A DNA stretch of 64,000 bases from Selaginella moellendorffii (taxonomy: Eukaryota > Plantae > Lycopodiophyta): the NCBI RefSeq assembly GCF_000143415.4, contig NW_003314269.1, positions 7,341-71,340 of the forward strand, read 5' to 3'. Position 1 is the stretch's first letter; the number at the start of each line of letters is the position of its first letter. The position numbers were made by a program, and so were the translations under genes. This document shows, one piece after another, positions 12,333 to 22,896 of the stretch. The notes under the pieces are model-generated. The model did no database searches and had not been told where the DNA came from. It saw only the letters and a program-made list of their open reading frames with translations.

Positions 12333-13687
12333 ATGGCGGTGGTGTGGGTGAAGCGGGGGGACGAGGCGCTGTGCTTCCCACTCCAGGACGGCGCCAAGAT
12401 GATGGTAAGCTCCATCGCTCGCCACTGGGGCCTGGACCCGGACTCCCTCCGCATCGGCGACTGCGCTCTAGTCCCAGACGCTGACGGCAACTCGGTGCTC
12501 TCTCTTGACGCCATGGTAGCCTTGCTCCCCGAATTGGGCGATGGTAGCAGCTACGACCAAGCACTCCTCGTCACTGGCCGCCGCTGCTCTGCAACCAGGA
12601 ATGCGTGCTCGGCTTGCGATCACCCCGCCGTCCAGGAGCTCATCCGGCAGCGAGACGAGGAGGATCTGGTGGCAAGGAAGAAGCAAAGGAGAGAGACCGC
12701 AGAGTCGAGGCAGCTCAAGGCATTCCACAGCAGTGTCGAAAACTTCTGGTCGTACGTCAAGGAGCTCGAGGGCGGGGGCCCGTTTAGGCGCTTGAGGCCA
12801 GAGCAAGCTCGCGAACTGCTGCAGTCCAGGGTCTCCAAGATGGTGGCTCGCTTGCACTTTGTGGAGGGCGATGACGAGCCGAGCGACGACAACTACAAGG
12901 GCCTGGCCGCCTTGGTGAAACCCGATGGATCTTGCTTCACCGCCGCCGCTTGCTGCGACTGTAGCTCCACCTCTGGCAGGCACATCCTGGTGTTCTCGGA
13001 TCCAGCACTGGAGTACGAGTGCATGGTGTCTTTCAAGGATCCGATCGCTGTCCTGACGCCGATCGAACCTGGCGTCAGCTTCAACTATTGCATCAACTGG
13101 GATGGCTGGATCTGCAAGTCGGGTAGTCCCTATAGCTGGAAGCGCGACCCAGAGTCCGGGGACATCAAGTGCGTGTCGGGGATCTTCCTTGAGGATCGAA
13201 GCCTTAGCAGTGGGGAGTGCGAGCCTTACCGCATGGTGATGCTTCCGTTCGAGATGGTGGAGGTTGGTGCTCCAGTACTTGATAGCCGGGGAAATCTTGG
13301 CGGAATTGTGGTGGAATTCGAGGAGATCCCGGCTCGCGGTACTCGGTCCAAGAAGAACAATGAGCAGAGGAAGTTCGATATGATTAGCATCCGTGACTTC
13401 TGCAACAAGGTGGTCAGCAGGGATCCTGACTTCGCGAAAGGTTTGGTTTCCGGCCTCCCTTTTTAACTTAACTGTAACTGTTTGATGTCCTCAGCGCTGG
13501 GTGCTGCCCTTGAGCACCGGAAAGCAGCCGTTTATGTGGCGTGTGTCGAGACTGGTCTAACGACTCTTTGGAAGGATTGGATGACAACTCATCCCATCGA
13601 AGGTAAGATTCATTCTGGAATACGTGAATTTGACTCCGAAAGTTGTGGTTTTTATCTGACACAGAATTTGACATTGATGAACCTTGA
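12333..13687 (+). CDS. Family B1: small plant N-terminal domain (SIARxxGLDP) fused to trypsin-like fold (predicted inactive); exons 12333-13440, 13495-13602, 13665-13687
   Basis: Long ORF plus two GT-AG introns conserved in B2. GLAALVKPDGSCFTAAACC and VGAPVLDSRGNLGGIVV match trypsin-2 motifs. Confidence 0.75.
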
Positions 13688-14375
13688 AGTAAGAGGTGTA
13701 GCACTGTCAACGTTTTTGGAGATCTATCAACGAGGAAGACCTCCATTCAGGCTACGTAAAATCTTTCACTAGTATAAGATAGGAGTGTTTTGGAGCTGAA
13801 TTCAAAGTTTGGGGAAGTGGAAGTTTTTGTTCCCGCCGAAAAGGAATATTCGGCATCTTCTTGCAAAGAATCGTTTTTGGGATATTCATGCTTGCTTGTT
13901 TTGCAAAGATTTCGGGGAGAAGGAAGAGGAAGCAAATATTTACAAGTTTGTCCCAAGGTGAAGTTTCTATGGCTCTTGCAACTCCGACGCATCTGGCACG
14001 TAAGGGATGATCTCGAGCATCAATCAAGCGATCCGGCGGGGAGCGATAAGCTGCCACATCACATCGATTATAAAAACTCCACTCCTCTTGTATCTTTGAA
14101 CACGCTCTTTCTCACTACAACCGCATTGAAGGCGAGGATTGAACCACGCTGTGGTGTGACGGACGCGAGCATGGATCGCCCAGCCGATGCCGAGATCCCT
14201 GGCGATGCTGCACGGCACGCGGGGAAGGAGGCGGCACTTGTTCCAGGGGAAGCTCGCCAGCGCCGCTTAACAGGGCCGCCCTCTTGCGGGAGATTGGAAG
14301 CCACCGCACATCCCGTGTGCTCACACAGCCTCTTGTCAGTACTTGGCGACAAGAGCGCCGCCCTCAACGCCTCCA

Positions 14376-14790
14376 CCAGCGTGCAACTGAGGATTCACCG
14401 GGAGAGCACTGACCCTGCCTGCCGCAAAAGTTTCAGCAAAAGGCAGGCAAAACGCTGCCACCAGTGATCAGTTGTGATGATGCACCAGCGAGCGGGAGTG
14501 GTTAGTACTTGTACATCCGAGGGAGGTACAGCAGCGTCTGGAGCAGCGTCTGGAACAAATGGTGGAGCTCGAATCCAAACAGAGGACGAAGCGAAACTGA
14601 GAATCGCAAACACGCCTTCGAGCGGCATGCCGTGCGACGAGTGGGCACCCCCCACTCCGGTCGGACGACTGGGGCCGGAAGGGTACCATAGATGAAGAGG
14701 AAGTTCGGCATTGTGCTGCAGTCCGGGGAGTAGAGCACGTAGATGTAGAGGAGCATCACCCAGACCATTGTTGTGTAAAAACTTATAACT
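14376..14790 (-). pseudogene. Alkaline ceramidase (ACER) fragment
   Basis: MVWVMLLYIYVLYSPDCSTMPNFLFIYG, LPRMYKY and VSALPVNPQLHA resemble plant ACER segments; frameshifted, N-terminus absent. Confidence 0.75.
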
Positions 14791-14914
14791 GATAGCATCT
14801 GAAAAGCATCTTCACGATCTTGAAGAATTGGGAAGAGAGCACCTCGAGTCGAAACGCACCGAACTATTGTGTGAAGCTTTTTTCGACGTATTCCGTATTA
14901 GGTCAAGCGGAGCT

Positions 14915-16279
14915 ATGGCGGTGGTGTGGGTGAAGCGGGGTGACGAGGCGCTGCGCTTCCCACTCATAGGCTCCAAACTCATGGTAAGCTCCATCGCTCG
15001 TCACTGGGGCCTGGACCCGGACTCCCTCCGCATTGGCAACTGCGCTCTAGTCCCAGGTGCCGACGGCAACTCGGTGCTCTCCCTTGACGCCATTGCCGCG
15101 TTGCTCCAGGACCAGCCCGACCTGGGTGACGGTAGCAGCCACGAGCAAGCGCTCGTCATCACGGGCCGACGCCGCTCTGCTGATCACCCCGCCGTCCAGG
15201 ATCACATCCGGCAGCGCGACGAGGAGAATCTCGTGGCCAAGAAGCAAAGAGCCGAGGTTGCGAGGTCGAGGCAGTTGGAGGCGTACCGGAGCAACGTCGA
15301 GGGCCTGTGGTCGTATGTCAAGGAGCTGGAGCTCACCGTCACGAAACCAGAGCAAGTTTGCAACGTGATGCAGTCCCGGGTCTCCAAGATGGTGGCTCGC
15401 TTGCACTTTGTGGAGGGTGACGACGAGCCGAGCGATGACAACTACAAGGGCCTGGCCGCCTTGGTGAAGCCCGATGGCTCTTGCTTCACCGCCGCCGTGT
15501 GCTGCAACCGTAGCTCCACCTCTGGCAAGTACGTGCTGGTGTTCTCGGATCCACCACTGGAGTACGAGTGCGTGGTGACTTACGAGGAAGAGGTCGAGAT
15601 CGCCATCCTGACGCCGGCCAAACCTGTCAGCTTCGACTATTGCATCAACTGGAATGACTCGATTTGCAAGTCGGATCATGCCTACAGCTGGAAGCGCGAC
15701 CCACAGTCCGGGGACGTCAAGTGCGTGGCGGGCATCTTCATCGAGGATCCAAGCCTTCCAATTTATCAGTTCGAGCCTTACCACATGGTGATGCTTCCGG
15801 TGGAGAGCACGGTGGAGGTTGGTGCTCCTGTCCTTGACGATGCAGGACATCTTGGCGGAGTGGTGGTGGAATTCGAGGAGATCCCGGCTCGTGATACTCG
15901 ACCGACGAAGAAGAAGAAGAAGAATGGAGAGAGGAGGCTCGACGAGACTGCCATCCGCGACCAGTTCCAAAACCGAGTCAAGGAGGATCCCGACTTTGGG
16001 AAAGGTTTGGATGCTTGGCGATTGAAACTGTCTAACTGAAACTGTCTAACTGTAGCTCTCGAGGCTGGATTCGTGCACCGCAAGGCTGTCGTTTATGTCG
16101 CGTGTTTGGACATTGATGGTTTGACGACTGTTTGGTACGATTGGACGAAAGCTCATCCTCTAAAAGGTAAGAAGATCAGTGGATTGAACTCTTTAAGTTT
16201 TTGTTTTGTTTTCTTGACAGAGTTTGAGCCTTCAAGCTCCAACGAGCAAAACGTCATCCATTGGCGCAGGCACGCATAA
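14915..16279 (+). CDS. Family B2: tandem paralog of B1; exons 14915-16004, 16056-16166, 16221-16279
   Basis: Same start context (ggagctATGGCGGTGGTGTGG) and same intron positions and phases as B1; reading frame intact. Confidence 0.75.
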
Positions 16280-16496
16280 GCGTATTTTTCTCTGTTTTTC
16301 AAATTCTCCGTGGCAAACTTGTAGATTTCTTGAAAACTTGCGAGTCTGTGATGGCCTGCCGAGGGTGGATATCGAGAAGCGGCTCAATGTGCAGCAAGAG
16401 CGAGGGAGTTTGCGGGAATACTTTAGCTATAGGATTAGGCCTTGGCTCTTTTCACAAGACTTGGCATAGTCGCAATGGTTTCCCTTCGCACAGTTT

Positions 16497-17561
16497 TCAC
16501 ACCACTTTTTCTTTGCCTTTGGCTTTGTTGCCTCCACTGCCGCTTCCTTGGTCTCCACCTCCGCTGCCACCACCTCCACGCGGAAGCGCTTGCGGCAGCG
16601 GCACAGCTCTACCCCTACGGCCACCCCGTCCGCTGCCACCGCTGCCACCACCTCCGCGCGGCAGCGCTCGCGGCAGCGGCACAGCTCTACCTTTGCCTCC
16701 CCTATGGCCACCGCGTCCGCGGTCGCCGCCGCCACCACCTCCTCTTCCACCGCTGCCACCACCTCCTCCTCCATTGAACGCAAGGTGCTCGGGGATGAAT
16801 TTACATAACATCCCAATGTTGTTGATATGAAACCCGATCAGCTGAAGCGTGGGCTTCATGAGGGGATCGATGGTGAAAATGACGCCTCCGCGATTGTCTC
16901 CACAATAAGAAGCTAGAAAGAAACAGTTAATGATAGGAACTATCAATTACAGCCAAAACTACTCTTACCTACACAAAACCCTGCAGGGAGTGTAGTTCCC
17001 ACCGTGAGAACATCATGGAAAGCCGGGATCTTTTCAGTCTCCGCCTTCTTCGAGCCTCCTCCTCTGCATGCATCATACTCCCTGTCCACCCCCTCAACAT
17101 AGCCCAGGAAATGGACACGAGACCCCAGGCGTAAGAGCTCCCCGCTACTCCGTAGAAAGGGTATCTCCAGAGGAAACTCCGTGTAGTTCTTCTCGATCTC
17201 GAGCATTGCTACCTCGCACGCACGGTCCACGTCGATGAAACTCGCCTCCCTTATCTCCCTTTGAGTGGGATAGTGAACCAGCCATTGCAAGCGACGGAGG
17301 TCGTAGCCTTCGAGCGGAGCAAGTGACACAACACCGTGACTGCATCGAGAGCGAGAGCGAGAGCGAGAAAGGAGAAACTTCCAACACCAAAACACAAATC
17401 TTTCACCTTGGTGCTACCATAACCACGGTAGCGATGGTTGTAACAGAAGAGAGCGAGCCATTCCGGACGAATAGCCGCCCTAGCGCTGCTCGAGCATCAC
17501 GAAAATCGTCATCCACCTCAAATCTTCCATAGCGCCTCGCTATCTCACCGCTTGAAGCCAT
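16497..17561 (-). CDS. Family A2: trypsin-like fold protein (predicted inactive) with RGG-rich tail; exons 17561-17407, 17339-16969, 16912-16497
   Basis: Splices in frame with GT-AG introns. Motifs SHGVVSLAPL, VDRACEVAMLEI, LRLGSRVHFLGY and GDNRGGVIF...LIGFHI. Confidence 0.7.
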
Positions 17562-17639
17562 TATGATTAGGGTTAATTCTAGCTTCGGAGGATCGAGATT
17601 CCTCTCTGGGCTACAAATCCCAATCTTTCTGCGCTTGGG

Positions 17640-18337
17640 TCGCATTTTCCTATGCCAGGTGGAGTGCCTGACTTGGAAATCATTCGTGATCATTCGCTAC
17701 AGTTCGAGGCCTTGACATTGCGCGCTGTCGCCGACGTTTGTAGGTAACGTTTTTTCGTTGTTCTTGTACAACTTCTTCTCGCAGGAATCAAAGGAGATGA
17801 CTATCCAGAAATATTCTTGCTGCTACCAAGGCGTTTGGTCTCAGAGCGGCTGTCCAGGTTGGTAGTTACGGCACTTTTTCTTTCTCCTCGTCGAGCGTCT
17901 GTTTTCTTAGTTTTTTCTTCAGGTTGTAGACTTGCAAGTATTTGCCACCACACACGTCGTTGGAGCCCGTTGTTGGCGCATTCTAGATCATAGTCTCTTT
18001 AATGGAAAAGGTTTGCTTTAGATTTTGGTTTGAAACTTCTCGGTGGCGACTTAATGCCTTGTGCGTTTGTCCAGGTTTACATGGAAAAACTTTCACCTTT
18101 GCACTGACTGACACAGGTCACCTGATCAAGGAATAAGAAATGTACTTGTGGCCCGGAAATTAACGTCATAGACTACTCGAAGACAGACTTAAGTCATACA
18201 TGTACTCCTCTCAGAGGGCTGTTGAAATGCAGAAAGTCAAGGTTGGACCTCGTGGGGAAGTCTGACCCATACGCGAGGCTGGTCATTCGTGAAGGACAGT
18301 TTGTCAAGAAGAAAACGACCATGAAAATGAACACTCC
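17640..18337 (+). pseudogene. Synaptotagmin fragment (direct-repeat copy)
   Basis: FGLKLLGGDLM, YLWPG and DLVGKSDPYARLVIREGQFVKKKTTMKMNT. Confidence 0.7.
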
Positions 18338-19491
18338 ATCCGTCAGTCTCATGCTTCAAGTTGGGCTCCGCGACAAGGAGGTGGTATCCATTTCCCATTG
18401 CTTTCCACTCGCCCACTGGTGGCTCCGCTACAAGGTACTGGAACTCTTGATCCCATCCAGGATCTTCTTTATAGCCTGAAACGCGCGAACAAACCAGAGA
18501 AAGATAAAACATTAAATCAACGGGACTACTTACCTTGGTTTCCTTTGCTAAATGCGAGCCTCGCGTACGGTTGTCGGTGATGCTTGCTTTCCAAATCTTC
18601 GACACCATGGACAGGCAAACCACATCCTTCGGGAGCTTTTTCGACGCTGTGTGAGTCACGAGGCTTCAATTGTCTTGTTAATCTGCAAGCCAATTTAAGT
18701 TTGCTGTTGTGCATATGAGCCAGTCTTTTTTCCTGAGGCCAGTCGCCCTGACAGCCTTCACTTCCAGCATTCCAACAGGCGCTGAGAGGCATTCATGAGT
18801 ATACGTATGACTTCCACGAGTTAAGTCTTACCTCTCGTCTAGGACGTTGGTTCCATTGTTCTGGGCCATGATCAGGTCCTGCGAAGTCAGCTTTGTCAGT
18901 ACAAAGATCCATAAGCCCTGGAATTGCCATTAAATCGCCACCGAGAAGTTTCAAACCAAAATGGTAGGCTATGTTAAAAGAACTTAAACAAACCTTTTCC
19001 ATTAGAGACACCATGATCTTGCAAAAGCATAGCAACAAGGGGTTTCAGCGTAACGCGTGGAAGCCCATTTAAGTTCGTTGAAATGCTTGTAGTAGAACCA
19101 CGTACCTGTAAGAGATTCTGGATCCAGAACATGACAGGTTTCGTTCCATTCTGGATTTGGCAAACGGTCCTTCACCGAGGACCAGCCTCAAGTATGGGCA
19201 GACTTCCATACTTGAGCTCTTTCTTCTTGAGGCCTGTCGCCCTGACAACCTTGAGAGTCTGTAAAAAGGTAAAGATCCTTTGTTGCAAACCTGGACAAAC
19301 GCATAATCCCGAGAAGTTTCAAAATCTACGCAGGAGTGTCATGTCAAAATGTAACGCGTGCGGTGACGAATGCTTGCAATGCAAGTCGTAAAGAAAGAAC
19401 GAAAGCTCAAGAGAGAGAGAGACAAAAAGGCGAAACTGCTAACCAGGACAGTCGCTTTGACACCAAACGCCTTGACTGCATCAAGAAAGGA

Positions 19492-19729
19492 TGGTGGGAT
19501 CCATTTCAAGAGACTTGAGATTCTTTCCAAGTTCATCCCTGCTCGTGATGCACTTATAGTTTGTGCGCAGGTCATGGCAAGGAATGCAGAAGCCGGAAAC
19601 AGCGGCAGCCAGGGAGGAGCGGCAGTGGTGGAAGAGCTGGCAGCAGCGACAGTACCAGCGCCAAAGCGACAAACTCAAAGGCAAAGCTATCAAAGACGAC
19701 TTTTCAAAATGGCCAAAAGACAAAGCTAG
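19492..19729 (+). pseudogene. Family A3 fragment (exon 3 only, fused to synaptotagmin debris)
   Basis: GIHFKRLEILSKFIPARDALIVCAQVMARNAEAGNSGSQGG; exons 1-2 deleted and tail frameshifted. Confidence 0.75.
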
Positions 19730-19733
19730 AAAC

Positions 19734-21489
19734 TTAGCAAAGGAGTGGGATTGTCTCGGAGTCCACACGAATCATCGCTGCTTGTGCCTGTATAATCACA
19801 TTTGGTAAGCAAACCACTTGTGAGAGTGTCCACCTGCTTTGCCCAGTTTGTGGAGAGGGCTATTACAGACAGAACTGCAGCTTGCGTTGACACTCCCGAG
19901 AGAACTCCAATCAAAAGTCCCTGTGTAATGCAACAGGCATCAATCCCAAGGCCAAAGATTGAGTTACCTTGCCACCGAGACCAACGACAAATGCTAGGAT
20001 ACATCCTACAGGCAAACCAACAACGTAAAAGGCTCCCAAGTTTGCAATTGTTGCAAGCATCTGCCAACCACACCCTCTAGCAGAACCTTGCAAAACAATT
20101 GTTTAGCTAGAAACATAGAACAAAACAAAAAAAAAGTTCGAGTTACCCGATACAACTCCGGCAAATGCATCCATGACGGTCATTGCAGCAAGAATTGGAA
20201 TCATTCGCGAAACATGGCCGACCACTTCTGCCTCATTGCTGAAAGCCCGGCCAAGAACGTCACGGAGGCAAAACAGGAGGGTTGACACAAACACTGCGTC
20301 AATGGCAGCCAGGCCGAAAGAAACGCCCTGCGAGAGCCGAGCTTCAAATGGATGCCCGGCACCGAGCTCGTTGGAAATGCGAGTACTGCAGAGATCGAAA
20401 GTTTGCCAAAGAGAGTAACTGAGCAAATCGCTGAATACCTTGCTGCTGCACTGATACCATAAGGAACCATGTAGCAGAAGTTGATGATGTTTAGCCTGGA
20501 AAAGGAAAGTGAGCTTACAGGAAGGAAAAGATTTTTACTGACATGATGGAGAACACGGACGTCTCAAGCTTGGGATTGGGAAGAACGCCTGAGAGCAAAA
20601 CGAGGGACTCAAACGACCACCACTCCAAGCTGGGAACAATGCAGAGTTAAACGAATAAAAGAAACAAGAAAATACTTACCAGAACATGAGCGTAGAAGGC
20701 ACTGCCAACTTCAAAAAGTCGAAAACATGCTCGAAAACCTCCATGGATAACTCTGGCAAACACTTGCGACACTGGGGAGTGAGCAGCGCCACTCCGGCGA
20801 GGAAGAAGACGTTGATCCAGTTGGAAACACTCGTCGCCAGTGCTGCTCCAGCGTTTCCCATACCAACCTTGTATATGAGCACCCAGCAGATCGAAACGTG
20901 GACCGCCAAAGTCACCGACGAGCACAAGAACATCGGAAGCACGAAGCTCTGCGCTTGGAGAAACTTGATGAGTGGCTGGAGGAAGCCAAATGCGAAGAGC
21001 CCCGGGACGAGCCATCGCGCGTAGATTCCAGCGCTGGACGATATGTCTGGAGCCTGATGGAGGACGAGGAGGAAACTTTCCATGTTGAGCCATAGCACTG
21101 CCACTGGAATCGCGACGGCGAGAAGAACCAGCACTGCTCGATACAAGTAGAGGCCGACCTTGTGGTATTGCTTGGCTCCAAACGCCTGGCCGCACAGGGT
21201 CTCAAGGCCGGTGGCAAGGCCTTGCTACAAAGAGACCACGATCCGGATGCTTCACTGCTCAATTCTGCCTCGAAATCTTGCGTCAGGGACTCACCAAGAG
21301 ACTGTAGCCGGTGACCGTGCACAGCGATGTCGCGATGGAGGCGCTCGAGAGCTGGAGCTCGCCGAGATGGCCGACGAGCATCACGGACGTGATCTGGATG
21401 GCGAACTGCATGAGATTAACACCCATCATCGGCAGCGCAAGCCGCATTTGCTGCAGCGCCTCGAGGCGCCATCGCCTCAGATCCACCAT
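19734..21489 (-). CDS. MATE (DTX) efflux transporter, 8 exons, intact
   Basis: [51 protein letters not shown] and ARGCGWQ motifs; all introns GT-AG and in frame. Confidence 0.9.
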
Positions 21490-21567
21490 TTCCTCAAGAA
21501 CCCTAATTCCCGGGTCAATAAATTGATTCGATGCCGCATATTCCAATATAAAATAAAACTGTAAGTA

Positions 21568-21634
21568 GTAGCTCAGTGGATAGAGCGTCTGTTTCCGGAG
21601 CAGAATGTCACAGGTTCGACCCTTGTCTAGCGCA
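21568..21634 (+). tRNA. tRNA-Arg(CCG) pseudogene lacking acceptor positions 1-6
   Basis: TA-GCTC-AGTGGATA-GAGC-G-TCTGT-TTCCGGA-GCAGA-ATGTC-ACAGG-TTCGACC-CTTGT-CTAGCGC-A; only 3 acceptor pairs can form. Confidence 0.8.
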
Positions 21635-22896
21635 ATTGTTAATTTGTGTCCTTGAGAAGGTACAGTTCCATTCGTGTCCCAGAATAACACCCAAAACCTA
21701 AACTTGAAGGGAGGATCAATGACCGCTCGCGAGTGGAAGTCATAAGTAAAGCGATTTGGATTGGAGTCCACCAATGTGAAAGGTAGACTTTTCCTAGCAT
21801 TGTCACTTCCAGGAAACTGTCCGCAAGTTTGCTTTTGCACTATGAAAACCTGGGATGAATCACAAACACGCAACGAAACGTATCATCAGCTGATCGGCTC
21901 CAGAAACGGCAGATTGTGTGAAGAGCAAGCCGAGACGACACGGCGGAGACTGTACGTGGCAGGGAGCTCGTTCTGCCAAAAACGAAAGAACAAAAAAAAA
22001 AAGAAGCCAAGGAAACATAAAAGCGACCTGCCGTTTCGATCGGGCCAAGAAAATATTAAAACAAATCTGTTGATATGTGTCTAAAGTTTGGAGCTTTACG
22101 TTGGTATTGGAACTCCAACCCAATGTCCCTTGAGTTTGTAGTGGATTTCTCCATGATCGCTGTTGTTTTGGCGGATGCCATTGGGAAAATCATGTCTTTT
22201 TGTTGCTGTAGGAGCTTTAGCTCGTAGGCTTTTTGGCCGAGATCGATCAATCGATGGACCAAATCGTGCCAATGGTTTTTGGAGTGATGTTTCGTGGAAT
22301 CACGTGCAAGTCAAGGAAGCATCCACCCAAATCGACCCCACGGACCCTGGCACGTTTCGATAAACAGGAAATTTCGCTGGAAATGGTGGCCTTGCGAAAC
22401 AAAAGCTAGCAGATGGTAAAAGGTCTCGCATTGAGCCCACACATACGACCTTTGAAATTTCCTCCTCTACCAGAGCATATTCTTCTACGTCGCGTGAGCA
22501 AGGCAAGCATATGCTCCCGGGCCGAGGAAGGTTCTCTGGAAGCATCCCGAGCTTCGCGGCAGCTTCTGGTAGCGCTTCTGAGAGAGTGTGCGTGGCGAAT
22601 ATGCGCGGCATCGGCCCCGGGATGAGGACACGTCACGCGATGATGGCGCTGCGATCACGACCGTGGAGAGGAAAAAGAAGAGGAGAAGATCATTGCCCAG
22701 GCTTTGAGTCCACTTGCTTTGCATCTTCCCCTTGTTTCTTCCATTTTCTTCTCTTCTCTTCGTGCGATCGATCCGTCGCGTGGAAGGAAGGACCAGAGTG
22801 AAATTGGAGAAATCGGCAGCGAATGTGTCAACGCGAAGATAGAATTTGATAGTGGGGCTTGACTGCTAGCTGCAAGAGGAAAAGGAGATCCACTCC

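Larger units (their letters stand above)
18340..22560. repeat. Right arm of inverted duplication (synaptotagmin fragments, family-A exon-3 fragment, MATE, tRNA)
   Basis: Reverse complement of 6583-12230 with indels. Confidence 0.85.

Noticed and set aside
13790-14467. 225-aa ORF
   Set aside because: No ATG start or recognisable motif; partly antisense to the ceramidase fragment.
6583-22600. Calling the accessory block a Helitron or Pack-MULE
   Set aside because: I could not find diagnostic termini (TC...hairpin-CTRR, or TIRs with a 9-bp TSD), nor a transposase or helicase.
22300-22611. 103-aa minus ORF with a homolog at 6590-6670
   Set aside because: No recognisable family and the mirror copy is disrupted; used only to mark the duplication edge.
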